Both the position numbers and the translations under genes were made by a program. Of a stretch of 64,000 nt of DNA, positions 36,485-46,744 are shown piece after piece (position 1 is the stretch's first letter; each line of letters starts with the position of its first letter). This DNA comes from an uncultured Planctomycetales bacterium (GTDB taxonomy: Bacteria > Omnitrophota > Gorgyraeia > Gygaellales > Profunditerraquicolaceae). The notes beneath the pieces are model-generated. The model was not told where the DNA came from. It worked only from the letters and a program-made list of their open reading frames with translations, and made no database searches. The stretch covers positions 25,364 to 89,363 of the forward strand of contig CAYRUB010000007.1 in NCBI GenBank assembly GCA_964427405.1, in the 5' to 3' direction.

Positions 36485-39198
36485 TATTTCCCTCTTTGTT
36501 GATCACCCGCGTAGATAGTCTTCCAATCATCCTTCATACTCGCGACTGTCCAACCTTTAGCCAAAGCTTCATCCAGTCCTTTGTCAAAAGGATCCGCAGA
36601 CTTACGGTCATAAGCCCACTCTCGCTGGTCATCGGTATGATGCACATAAAGACAAAAACGTGCTCCGGGGCCTGCGGCAGTCCATTGCATCATTGCCAGG
36701 TCATTATCGGAATTGCCGAAAGAAGCAATCGGGCGGCGGCCGATGTGGGATTGGATACCGACAGGTTTGCCGCTTCCGGCGTTGATAAAATTCAACTCCG
36801 GCATACCCATAATCGCTGGAATACCGTTACGAAGTTCAAACTGGGTTTTTATACTGCTTCCGACGACTTGCTCAGGCACAATACCATAAACCTTTTCCGC
36901 CCAGGGGCGCATAAAATCCATACTGCCGCCTGAAACAATGTAGGTTTTGAAACCGTTGGCGCGCAAATAAACAAGCAATTCAAGCATAGGTTGATATACC
37001 ATCTCTGTATATAACCGCTTAGTCTCCGGATGCCTGGCGGTAGCAATCCACTCCGTAACGTATTTTTCAAATTCATCCGAGGTTACTCCGGACTGCGTGG
37101 CGATAATCATTTCCGAAAGTTCATTAATTCCTCCGGATAACGCAGAGTTCTGATCACCTTTAAGTATAGAAACAAAAGGCTCTTTACTCATCCACTCCGG
37201 ATGCTCTTGAGCAAGGGCTTTAATCCGATCAGAAATAAAATAACCCTGGAAAACCATCGGCTGTTCACTCCAAAGCGTGCCGTCATTGTCAAAAGTAGCA
37301 ATGCGTTCCTCAACCGGCACAAAATTAGGAGAACCAGGCCTGGTCACCTCTTCAACAAAAGCGACAATTGCCTTTTTCGGCGCTGTATCATTCCAGGATG
37401 GCAAGGGATCATCAATGCGCACCAAATCTAATTTTGACAATTTTTCCTGCATTGCAGTGCTCAGTTGTTTTACAAGCTCTGCATTATATGATCCATTAGG
37501 CCTTGGCTTTACAGTTGGATCATTTGTAGGATTATAATCATATATATTTGCATTAGTTATCTGCTCTGCCGCAATGGCGTATGTTCGCGATGCCGCAGCC
37601 AATGATCCTTCCTTGACTGCCGGATCAACGTTAGTCGTAACGATTGAAATTGTATTGTCGCTATTAAGATATATCTGGAAAGTGCGGAACTGCTGCGGGA
37701 AATCCCTTAATGATGAAGTCTCAACATGCCAGAAGCCTTTTTCAGGGGCGTTAACCGGATCAGGTGAGATAAATGCTTTAACCGTATTCAAATGACGGTG
37801 CCCGGCAATCCACATAATCAAATTCGGATGGCTTTGCAGTTCAGTAATTAAATCCGGAAAGTTTACCGCGTTTTGAGGGTCAGTCCACCAACCCATCTCG
37901 GAATTAGGCGCGGTCACTTCTACGCCTATCGGTACGTGCGCGGCAATAATCATCAGCTGGCCAGCGGCATCTCCATCGAAAAGTTCTTTCTTTAACCACT
38001 CCCAACGCGCTGAATCAAGAAAACCGTGCCCATGGATGTCGGCAGAACCATCGTCTTCCTTTTGGGTATCATCAAGCACGATAATCTTAAGCGGTATATT
38101 CGACTTCGGCACAAAGCTATAGCAGGCAAAACCCTTGTTGGCATCGACCAGGTTGAAACCATGGCCTGCCGGGTTTGTTGTGGTTATAAGAAATTCCTTC
38201 ATCCACTCATCTCTCTTAAGTGAACGGCGATTCAGATCAGCTGCAACCTTTGGCGGGCTCTTAAAGTCTGCTGCGGGTCCGGCGTATTTGACATCACCAT
38301 AAGGTGTCAAGCCATCAAGTACACCCATATAATAATCATGTTTGTTTATTGTCGCGGGGTTTGTAAGGATATCTCCCGTGGCAAAGACTTCATCGCTGAT
38401 ATATGACTGTCGAAGATCCTTTCGCAGGCCATAATCCACAGGAATGGAACCAATCCAGAAATGATCATGGTTGCCGAGAGCCTGATACCAGGGGATTGTC
38501 TTATCCAGCCCTGCTGCCTGAAAAGGTTTTTGATAATCGATAGTCCCGGCTCCAAGATGAGCCCCGGAGCTTGGGAAAATTACCTTACCGTCTAAGACAT
38601 CAATATACCACCTAAGCTCATTGTACTGCGTGCTGTTACAGGTATCTCCCAGAGAAATTCCAAAATCAAATGGGCTTTGTTTATGAAGGGCATTTATCGT
38701 CTGAACAGCGGCATCCAAAACTTGAGTTGTATACAACATAATCCCTGAATGCAGTGAAGCGCCAATTGGCAATGTTGGATGCAAGTTTTGAAGATAGATC
38801 AATTGATTAGGAGCTTCTTTGTCGGTGATATGGATGTCGGTTATAGTAAAGAAATTGAGGAGTTTTGCTTTTTTAACGGCTGTTGAGGCATCGTAAAGAG
38901 CCAGCATGATATCGGTCCGGGTTTCAGATTTAAGAGGATCGCCAAAGCTCCAGCTACCATAGCCGTATTGTTTGTATTTTGAAATCTCATCAAGGCGAAC
39001 CGCCTCAGCAGGTTTTGGGCCAGGCACGACTGTCCTCTGGAGAGTCGTAAAAACATCAGTAGCAATCGGGTATTCCTGAAGCTGACTTTGATTTTTGACT
39101 GCGGTTTTTGAACATGTCGAGCATCCCGCTAAAGAGAAAATCAGCGCACCTATTAAAAAGGTTAAACAGAGCTTATTGAATTTATAAGATGGTTTCAT
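36484..39198 (-). CDS. lipoprotein fusing a calcineurin-like metallophosphoesterase and a HAD phosphatase
   Basis: Lipobox LAGC; DIH, GD, GNHD, GHRH motifs; then LPSWND, FDNDGTLW, VSGG, GNSDND. Confidence 0.85.
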   Translation of the reverse strand: MKPSYKFNKLCLTFLIGALIFSLAGCSTCSKTAVKNQSQLQEYPIATDVFTTLQRTVVPGPKPAEAVRLDEISKYKQYGYGSWSFGDPLKSETRTDIMLALYDASTAVKKAKLLNFFTITDIHITDKEAPNQLIYLQNLHPTLPIGASLHSGIMLYTTQVLDAAVQTINALHKQSPFDFGISLGDTCNSTQYNELRWYIDVLDGKVIFPSSGAHLGAGTIDYQKPFQAAGLDKTIPWYQALGNHDHFWIGSIPVDYGLRKDLRQSYISDEVFATGDILTNPATINKHDYYMGVLDGLTPYGDVKYAGPAADFKSPPKVAADLNRRSLKRDEWMKEFLITTTNPAGHGFNLVDANKGFACYSFVPKSNIPLKIIVLDDTQKEDDGSADIHGHGFLDSARWEWLKKELFDGDAAGQLMIIAAHVPIGVEVTAPNSEMGWWTDPQNAVNFPDLITELQSHPNLIMWIAGHRHLNTVKAFISPDPVNAPEKGFWHVETSSLRDFPQQFRTFQIYLNSDNTISIVTTNVDPAVKEGSLAAASRTYAIAAEQITNANIYDYNPTNDPTVKPRPNGSYNAELVKQLSTAMQEKLSKLDLVRIDDPLPSWNDTAPKKAIVAFVEEVTRPGSPNFVPVEERIATFDNDGTLWSEQPMVFQGYFISDRIKALAQEHPEWMSKEPFVSILKGDQNSALSGGINELSEMIIATQSGVTSDEFEKYVTEWIATARHPETKRLYTEMVYQPMLELLVYLRANGFKTYIVSGGSMDFMRPWAEKVYGIVPEQVVGSSIKTQFELRNGIPAIMGMPELNFINAGSGKPVGIQSHIGRRPIASFGNSDNDLAMMQWTAAGPGARFCLYVHHTDDQREWAYDRKSADPFDKGLDEALAKGWTVASMKDDWKTIYAGDQQRGK

Positions 39199-39293
39199 GA
39201 AACCCCCTTGTTAATTATCCTCAATGAAAACTATTCTTATAGGTTATACCGGTTACCAAGAAAGTCAATCTTAAATAAAAAATCCCTGGCTGT

Positions 39294-41186
39294 CTACAAC
39301 TGGAGGGTTTCAAGGTATTCCCAACGCTGGTTGGCTTTGTCCAATTCAGAAGAGAGTTCCTCGGAGCGCGCCTCGGCTTGAGCTCTCTCCTCAGGGCTTT
39401 TCTGGTAAAAATTCAAATCCGCGAATAACGCGTAGAGCGCTTTTTGCTCCTCTTCCATTTTCTCTATTTTTAAAGGCAACTCATCTAATTCTTTCTGCTC
39501 TTTAAAGGTAAGCTTACGCGGAATAATCGGTTTTTCTTTTTTGATGGGTTCTTTTTTGACCTTGATCTTTGGCGGTTCAGAGGATATTTCAGGATGACGC
39601 TGGCTCAACCAATCATCATAACCTCCGGCATACTCATTAATCAGGCCATCTCCTTCCAGGACCATGGTCGAGGTTACCACATTATTAAGAAAAGCCCGGT
39701 CATGGCTGACCAAAATAAGCGTGCCGGGATACTCCAGTAATAATTCTTCCAAGAGCTCAAGGGTCTCAATATCTAAATCATTAGTCGGCTCATCCATAAC
39801 TAAAACATTCGAGGGCTGGGAAAAAAGTCGCGCCAGAAAAAGGCGGTTGCGTTCCCCACCCGAGAGCCTCTTGATCGGTGTGCGCGCCCGATCAGGAGTA
39901 AAAAGAAAATCCTGTAAATATCCGATGATATGTTTGGGCTTGCCGTTAATCACGATGGTGTCGGATTCTCCGTTAACATTCTCGGCCACAGTTGCCTCTT
40001 CATCTAGTTGTTCGCGCAGCTGATCATAATAAGCAATCTGCAGATTCGTCCCCAAGGTTACCTTGCCTCTCTGGGGTTCAAGTTTTCCCAGCAAGAGACG
40101 CAATAATGTTGTTTTGCCGCTGCCGTTGGGACCAATCACGCCGATTTTATCACCCCGCATTATTTGAGTAGTAAAATCCTTGACCAGACATTTTTCACCA
40201 TAACTAAAACTCAGTTGCGAAATTTTAACTACCCGATGGCCCGAAGGGTCAGCTTTCTGCGCCCGCATACGCACCTGGCCAACCGCCTTACGCTGGGTCT
40301 TCTTTTCTTCCCTTAAGCGCTCCAGCGCCTTGACCCGTCCTTCGTTACGGCACCTGCGCGCCTTGACCCCCTTACGAATCCAAATCTCCTCTTCCGCTAA
40401 TTTTTTATCAAAATGCCCCCACTGCGCTTCATCAATATCCAATGCTGCTTGTTTACGTTCAAGGAAGGTCTTATAATCACATGGCCAGCTATATATTTTT
40501 CCACGGTCAAGTTCAATGATTCTCGTAGCTAGCCGCGTCATAAACATCCGATCATGCGTTACAAAAAAAACCGTGCCGGAATAATTAAGCAAAAATCCTT
40601 CCAGCCAAAGCATAGAGTCAATATCCAAATGGTTGGTCGGCTCATCCAATAGTAAAACCTCCGGCTTAAGCACCAATGCCCTGGCCAAAAGCGCCCGGCG
40701 TTTTTGGCCGCCGGATAACTTGGCAAAATCACTATCCGGGTCAAGCTTCATCTTGGCGATAACTTCTTCCACTTGATTATTCACATCCCAGCTGTCGGTA
40801 TGGTTCAGCTTATCTTGCAACACATCAAGTTGCCTTAATAATTGCGGAGTCTGCTGCGTTTGCAGACGATGGGTAAGATGGTGGTGCTGGCTTAATAGTT
40901 CAGCGCGCGGCCCCAGCCCCGAGAGGACTATATCAAAAACACTCCCCGTAATATCCACGGGAACTTCCTGCGGCAGATGGGCAACCTGAATTCCTTTTTG
41001 CGTAATCACATTACCGGAATCAACCTGCTGCTGGCCGGTCATTACCTTCATTAAAGTCGTTTTCCCCGCGCCGTTACGTCCCAGCAAGGCAATACGTTCC
41101 CCTGGCTCCAACTGCAAGTTTAAGCAATCAAAGATAAGCGGGCCGGCGAACTTTAGACTAATCTCCTGTAAACTGATTAATGCCAT
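39294..41186 (-). CDS. uup: ABC-F family ATPase Uup
   Basis: Two NBDs, WIRKGVKARR.RNEGRV linker, C-terminal coiled coil ending RWEYLE. Confidence 0.9.
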   Translation of the reverse strand: MALISLQEISLKFAGPLIFDCLNLQLEPGERIALLGRNGAGKTTLMKVMTGQQQVDSGNVITQKGIQVAHLPQEVPVDITGSVFDIVLSGLGPRAELLSQHHHLTHRLQTQQTPQLLRQLDVLQDKLNHTDSWDVNNQVEEVIAKMKLDPDSDFAKLSGGQKRRALLARALVLKPEVLLLDEPTNHLDIDSMLWLEGFLLNYSGTVFFVTHDRMFMTRLATRIIELDRGKIYSWPCDYKTFLERKQAALDIDEAQWGHFDKKLAEEEIWIRKGVKARRCRNEGRVKALERLREEKKTQRKAVGQVRMRAQKADPSGHRVVKISQLSFSYGEKCLVKDFTTQIMRGDKIGVIGPNGSGKTTLLRLLLGKLEPQRGKVTLGTNLQIAYYDQLREQLDEEATVAENVNGESDTIVINGKPKHIIGYLQDFLFTPDRARTPIKRLSGGERNRLFLARLFSQPSNVLVMDEPTNDLDIETLELLEELLLEYPGTLILVSHDRAFLNNVVTSTMVLEGDGLINEYAGGYDDWLSQRHPEISSEPPKIKVKKEPIKKEKPIIPRKLTFKEQKELDELPLKIEKMEEEQKALYALFADLNFYQKSPEERAQAEARSEELSSELDKANQRWEYLETLQL

Positions 41187-41265
41187 AAAACCTCACTTAA
41201 AAAAATTATCTACGCCGATAATTATTTAGATTATTTTAATGAATGGAAAGGAATAGGGGAATTGA

Positions 41266-41703
41266 TTAGGCGCGGTCTCTGCTGCGCTTTCGGAAAGCCG
41301 GCTTTCTTCTTCCAGCTGGACTGCGGTCTTCTCTAACAGGAGCTCCTTCTCTATCTTGCCGCTTGGCAAAACACTCTTTGCAGTATACTGGACGGTCTCC
41401 GGTAGGCCTAAAGGGGACCTCGCATTCAGTTTTGCATTCCGCACAGATAGCTTTGGTAAAACTTCTCTCCCGGAAACTATTTTCCCGATCACCTCTGTCG
41501 CGCCGAAAAGAGTTATCGAAGCGCCGAAAAGGCTTGCCGTATTCTTTTCTCTCTAAAGGCTTTTGCGCAGATTGAGCGATCAAGGTATCGATCTTCTGCT
41601 CTAGAAAAGTTAGTTGCTGTTGAATTCTGCCAATTGTACCGGATAGATCCGGCTGGACAAGCGGTTCAACTGCGGGACTCTTACGTTTAAATATTTTCTT
41701 CAT
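41266..41703 (-). CDS. CxxC-x17-CxxC zinc-ribbon protein
   Basis: CAECKTECEVPFRPTGDRPVYCKECF. Confidence 0.85.
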   Translation of the reverse strand: MKKIFKRKSPAVEPLVQPDLSGTIGRIQQQLTFLEQKIDTLIAQSAQKPLERKEYGKPFRRFDNSFRRDRGDRENSFRERSFTKAICAECKTECEVPFRPTGDRPVYCKECFAKRQDREGAPVREDRSPAGRRKPAFRKRSRDRA

Positions 41704-41813
41704 TTGGCTCCTTATTTTTTGTACGGTTCAATTGATCATATTTTGTTTATCTACTATACACCATTTACAATATAAAGCAAATAACTTCACCGGATATTAC
41801 ATAAAACGTTTTA

Positions 41814-42245
41814 TCAATTTTTATCTATTTTTTTAGGTAAGGAAGGCTTAAACTCACCCTGATCCGGAGATTTAAATAACTCTTTTTCAGACTTTTTCTG
41901 CTCTACGTTTGAAATTAATCTATCCGAGTTAAACTCATCTTGCTGGCCCTCAAAGATTAAACCTGAACTCCTGAATTCATTGCTGATCTGGTTAGCAATA
42001 CCACTGGGGTTTCTAAACTCTCCGGATTTTACATTTTTAAACATTGATTTACTGGAAAATGATCCTTTAGTAACAAACTCTTCATCGGCAGGGACACCAA
42101 GTTTAAAATTAAATACCCCGGTTGGAGACGCGAATTCACCGGGCTTTTCTTTATGAGGAAGCTTTAAATGGTAAATTTCGGCATGAACAAAAACAGGAAA
42201 ATGAAGTAAAATTACCAAAGTTATGATTAGTTGTTTTTTATTCAT
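41814..42245 (-). CDS. hypothetical secreted protein
   Basis: Signal peptide ending VHA; recurring GEF-like motifs. Confidence 0.6.
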   Translation of the reverse strand: MNKKQLIITLVILLHFPVFVHAEIYHLKLPHKEKPGEFASPTGVFNFKLGVPADEEFVTKGSFSSKSMFKNVKSGEFRNPSGIANQISNEFRSSGLIFEGQQDEFNSDRLISNVEQKKSEKELFKSPDQGEFKPSLPKKIDKN

Positions 42246-42248
42246 TTA

Positions 42249-43214
42249 TTAAAGATTGTCTTGCAACAAATCAATAAGCCCCGCCATCTCTTCTCTTGTC
42301 TTGGCGCGGGAGGATTTTTCCCTTAAGGGACGGATGTTACGGACCCCCTTGGTATACCAGGCAAAGAATTTGCGGAATAAGATTACTCCGTTTCTTTCTT
42401 CATAAAAAGCTATCGAGGCGTCTAAATGCTCCAGCATTATTTTAATTACCTTGGCTCTTGCCGGTTTCAGAAGAACCTCACCGGTTTTTAAGAATTCTTT
42501 TATTTCCTTAAATATCCACGGATTACCAAATGAACCGCGGGCAATAACTAATCCGTCGCAATTTGTTTCACTGAGCATTTTTTTGGCTAACTGCGCTGTA
42601 AATACATCGCCGCTGGCAATAACCGGAATGCCCAGCGCCTTCTTCACTCTAGCTATTATATCATAATCTACATTACCGCCATACTCCTGAGTTTTAGTCC
42701 TTCCGTGGATAAATAAACCGCTGACTCCGGCATCCTGGGCATAAAGTGCTACTTCCCTGGCGTTGATACTGTCCTTATCCCAGCCTAAACGTATCTTTAC
42801 GGTTACCGGGATCTGAGAATTCTTTACCACTAGCTTAAGTATTTTATTAAGCTTCCTGGGCTCTTTTAGCAGGGCCGCTCCCTCACCGCGCCGGACAACT
42901 TTCTTTGCCGGGCAGGCAGCATTAAAATCCATAATATCAAATTTGTAAGTTTTCAAAACTTCTAAGGCCTTTAGGATATACTTCTCTTCGCATCCTAATA
43001 TCTGAATACCTAAAGGCTTGTCCTTGGCCAAAGTAGAAAGCATATGCCGGGTTTTTCTGCTCTTATGCGAAATCGAGCGGCAGTTAATCATCTCGACAAA
43101 TGTTAACTCCGCGCCAAACCTCCGGCAGAGCATACGAAACGGCAAATCAGTAATCCCGGCCATAGGCGCCAGGATTAAATTTGATTTCAATTTTAAGTTA
43201 CCGATTTTAAGCAT
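42249..43214 (-). CDS. dusB: tRNA-dihydrouridine synthase
   Basis: LAPMAGITDLPFR, DFNAACP, TVKIRLG, IHGRT, GNPWIF. Confidence 0.92.
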   Translation of the reverse strand: MLKIGNLKLKSNLILAPMAGITDLPFRMLCRRFGAELTFVEMINCRSISHKSRKTRHMLSTLAKDKPLGIQILGCEEKYILKALEVLKTYKFDIMDFNAACPAKKVVRRGEGAALLKEPRKLNKILKLVVKNSQIPVTVKIRLGWDKDSINAREVALYAQDAGVSGLFIHGRTKTQEYGGNVDYDIIARVKKALGIPVIASGDVFTAQLAKKMLSETNCDGLVIARGSFGNPWIFKEIKEFLKTGEVLLKPARAKVIKIMLEHLDASIAFYEERNGVILFRKFFAWYTKGVRNIRPLREKSSRAKTREEMAGLIDLLQDNL

Positions 43215-43230
43215 AGAAATATCTTATATT

Positions 43231-45246
43231 TTACCTGACTATTGATATCGCCTTGGCAAATCCGGCGATAATGAGGGCCACAGAAAAAATGAACTTGGCA
43301 TTATATACAAAACAGGTAGATTCTTTATCCGCAATTCTTAATTTCTTGATTTCAATGTATGGAACAGGTGAACGCCTATACCAGCCGATAACCTCCACAT
43401 CCTGATTTATGTAGCTGGCTGCCCTTAAGAGCCCGAAAAGAAAATTAAAAATTCCCAGCGGTTGGCGATAATCCAGAAAGATAATTCCGCTTTCATCCTG
43501 CAAGACAAAGTCTTCTGAAAAAATAAGCCCCGGGACGCCTCTTCCGATAATTTTCCCTTTTATCAGGCAAGGCACCGGCCTGATCGCGGAAACCTTGATT
43601 TTGCTTAATAAGTTCTTAATATTCATTACAGCGAAATCAGAATCAGGATAGGAAAAAACAGTATGTATTAAATAGGCGTAACCAAAAACAGACACCCCGA
43701 GCCAGAAATAGAACATTTCTTTCTTTACTATAGCAAACGCGATAGCCGAAATAAAAACAATAAGAGGCAGAACCTTGACTAATAAATCCAATAAGAAATC
43801 ATCCCAATACGATTCCGGCCTGCGCTGATTAAACTCTATATAAGGATCTTTTCCTAATACCCGAGACTGGTTACTTAGAAATTTTAATCTTTTAGCGATC
43901 AATGGATGCGTTGACTGTAATTCATAATAGGAGGCCCAGGGATTCCAAAGATCCCATTTCGCCGCATCTTTTAGCTTATCCTTATCAACCTCTCCGCCCA
44001 TACTGCGCGGGCCTGAATAGCCGCTAACCGCTAGAATACTCGCAGTTTTAGAATCAAATATCCCCATCGGCCCAATTGAATTTAATGTAGCTTGCCTTTC
44101 TTTATAATTCGCTTCCCCTTTTCCCCTATCGTCTCCGGCTAAACCATAGCCAATTTTGACTAAAGCGGAGGCTAAAGCATTCGGGTTACCGGTAACCTGA
44201 CCGGAATACCTATCCGCGAAATATTCCCTTAACCGGGAAAACCAAAGCACAATAAATTCACTTATAACATATAACACATAAGCTACAAGCGCCAGGATCA
44301 AACGGGCAGGCGCTGATTTACCGTTACCCCTGCATCTATTTCTGGTTAAAGATTTATAAGCATAATAAAGGACCAGCGGCACAAGCTGAGCTAAAGTCAT
44401 AATTAACATATCCCAATGCATAACATGGCCCATCTCATGAGCCAGGACTGCTTGCGCCTCTTCTTCGGTTAAAAGATCAAGCAACCCCCGGGTAATTACA
44501 ATCCTGGCGTTATTCGGATGGTGCCCATAGGTAAAGGCATTCGGCGCGCCGTCTAAAATAATACCTATGCGCGGAAAATTAATCCCTTCATCCTGGCAAT
44601 TTTTACTAATAAAGATCCTTAAATGCTGCGGCAGGTCTTCAGGGTTTACCCAATTCATTTTGTATAAGAACTTTAAGGAAAGGTCCATTAAAAAAGGGCC
44701 GAATATAAACTGTAATGCGGCAAAAACTATCCCCACCCCAAAAGCAAATGAAGCAGAAATTCTACCCAGCTCCACGAAGACAATCAAGAATAAAGTAAGT
44801 AAAGCATACAAACCAAACAAGACCATCCCGGAACGCAGGGCAAGATTAGGTAAGACAAGCAGAGTTTTAGATAACCCTTGCTTACTATCCCCGAATATAC
44901 CTTTATCTATTTGGATTTTTGTTTTTATTGCCGGCAGCTTATTAATCTCATCCTTATCCAGCCAGAAACCTTCTGATTCAGGGCAATAATCAATGCGTAT
45001 TTCTCCCCCTAAAATAGGCAGTTCTACCATTGGCCTGGAAATTACAGGTGATAAACGGGCGGAGTCTTTCTTGGATTGAATCGCTTCTTCAATTTTTGCT
45101 TTTAAGTAGGTGGGAACGCGGGTAAAAAGATAGATTTCATTTTTATCCAGCCAAATGCCTTCACATTGAGGACAAAAGTCAATCTCCGCCCCTTGTTGGG
45201 TCATAACGGGAGCAAGATCCTTATCTTTGCAATTTGGGCATTTCAT
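43231..45246 (-). CDS. HtpX-like M48 zinc protease with N-terminal TFIIB-type zinc ribbons and C-terminal extension
   Basis: CPNC..IDFCPQCEGIWLD, PNAF, HEMGH, FSRLREYFAD, STHP. Confidence 0.88.
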   Translation of the reverse strand: MKCPNCKDKDLAPVMTQQGAEIDFCPQCEGIWLDKNEIYLFTRVPTYLKAKIEEAIQSKKDSARLSPVISRPMVELPILGGEIRIDYCPESEGFWLDKDEINKLPAIKTKIQIDKGIFGDSKQGLSKTLLVLPNLALRSGMVLFGLYALLTLFLIVFVELGRISASFAFGVGIVFAALQFIFGPFLMDLSLKFLYKMNWVNPEDLPQHLRIFISKNCQDEGINFPRIGIILDGAPNAFTYGHHPNNARIVITRGLLDLLTEEEAQAVLAHEMGHVMHWDMLIMTLAQLVPLVLYYAYKSLTRNRCRGNGKSAPARLILALVAYVLYVISEFIVLWFSRLREYFADRYSGQVTGNPNALASALVKIGYGLAGDDRGKGEANYKERQATLNSIGPMGIFDSKTASILAVSGYSGPRSMGGEVDKDKLKDAAKWDLWNPWASYYELQSTHPLIAKRLKFLSNQSRVLGKDPYIEFNQRRPESYWDDFLLDLLVKVLPLIVFISAIAFAIVKKEMFYFWLGVSVFGYAYLIHTVFSYPDSDFAVMNIKNLLSKIKVSAIRPVPCLIKGKIIGRGVPGLIFSEDFVLQDESGIIFLDYRQPLGIFNFLFGLLRAASYINQDVEVIGWYRRSPVPYIEIKKLRIADKESTCFVYNAKFIFSVALIIAGFAKAISIVR

Positions 45247-45267
45247 GGCGCAGGCTCATCTACCCTT

Positions 45268-46740
45268 CTAAAGTATGTATTCGGGGTTTTTAACCAGGGG
45301 TTTACTTTTTATCTCCTCAGTAACCGCTTGCGGGATTCCGGGCTTGCCCAGCTTGTAATACATATAATTTTTATACCCTTCCACTCCGGGCTGGTCAAAG
45401 GCGTTTATGTTAAGCAACTCACCTTCAAAGGCAGTGGCCATCTCAAAGAAAAATAAAAGCGCTCCCCAGTTATACGCGGAGACTTCGGGCATGATAATCG
45501 TGCAGTTCGGCCGGCTTTCGCTGACCAATGCCCACTCTGTGGCCTCCTGGGCCAAATGCATAAGCGAGCTAAAACTTTTCCCGGAAAGCAGATCCCCGGT
45601 TCCTGGGATTCTTAAATCTGTTTTAAAGTTCTCTACGCGGATAAAGGTAAGAACCTTATTATCTTCTCCTTCAACATTATTTTGCTGGATAGAATGCAAG
45701 TCGTTAGTTCCGGCGGCAGATATAGGTGTTCTGCCCTTGCTAAATAAAGATTTTTTATCCGCCAGCCAACTCTCTATTCCATCAACACCTACCTCAATCT
45801 TACGGTGGTATTTTTTACCTAAACTTTCAGCTAAAAGCTGCACATACCAATCTGCCGTTGATTTAAGCGTTTGAGAAAAAGGCATTAATATAGCCAATGA
45901 TTTTGCTTTCTTCCTGTAGAGAATCGTATGCAACAAAGCGTACATGTACGCGGGATTCTTTAATATATCTTCCTGGCTGCAGCGATTAAACATCTCCTTA
46001 ACACCTGAAAAAAGCTCTGGTATATTTACGCCCACGATAGCCAGATGCATTAGGCCCATATTAAACTCAGAGAACCTTCCGCCTACGCCTTTTAAAATTG
46101 GAAACGCGCGAAAACTTAAAACATCTTTTCTTTGCTCAGACTCCACTTTTTTGCGCAAAGTACCGGATTGCGGGTCAGTAATCGCCAAAATCTGCCTGCC
46201 GTATTTCTTGCCGACTCCCTTTTTAAGCCAAGCCTCAACTAAGGCAAATGCCGCCTTAGGCTCTGTGGTTTCGCCTGATTTAGAGATAACAATCACAAAT
46301 GTTTTCCTGGGCTTAAGATTCTTTAATAAAACCTGCAGGGTATCCGGGTCAAGATTATTGCCTTCCAGATAAATCCGCGGAGATTTCTTCCTTAAGGGCT
46401 TAAATTCATTGTAATAAGGCGCGCACAACGCGTCCTGCGCGGCTTTTAAACCAAGATATGAACCACCGATTCCCAGAAAAACAACATTATCATATTTTTT
46501 AGAGATCTCTTTTCCGAGTTTCTGGATCTTGGCAATCTCCTCTTTGTCCTGTTGATGAAGATTCGCCCACTCAAGGCCTAAATTTACCCTTGCCTGAGGA
46601 TTAGCAATAATTTTATTTAAGTGCAGCGCGCAAAGTCGCGCCTCGGGAAGGATCTCATCAATATCCTGCTGGCTTACGCCATGAGCGCCAACGTTAGAAC
46701 TAAACATATTATTAAAATCAAACTTTAGATTCATATTCAT
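45268..46740 (-). CDS. pgi: glucose-6-phosphate isomerase
   Basis: GIGGSYLG, SKSGETTE, GGRFS, AESLGK, FDQPGVE. Confidence 0.93.
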   Translation of the reverse strand: MNMNLKFDFNNMFSSNVGAHGVSQQDIDEILPEARLCALHLNKIIANPQARVNLGLEWANLHQQDKEEIAKIQKLGKEISKKYDNVVFLGIGGSYLGLKAAQDALCAPYYNEFKPLRKKSPRIYLEGNNLDPDTLQVLLKNLKPRKTFVIVISKSGETTEPKAAFALVEAWLKKGVGKKYGRQILAITDPQSGTLRKKVESEQRKDVLSFRAFPILKGVGGRFSEFNMGLMHLAIVGVNIPELFSGVKEMFNRCSQEDILKNPAYMYALLHTILYRKKAKSLAILMPFSQTLKSTADWYVQLLAESLGKKYHRKIEVGVDGIESWLADKKSLFSKGRTPISAAGTNDLHSIQQNNVEGEDNKVLTFIRVENFKTDLRIPGTGDLLSGKSFSSLMHLAQEATEWALVSESRPNCTIIMPEVSAYNWGALLFFFEMATAFEGELLNINAFDQPGVEGYKNYMYYKLGKPGIPQAVTEEIKSKPLVKNPEYIL

Positions 46741-46744
46741 CTCC

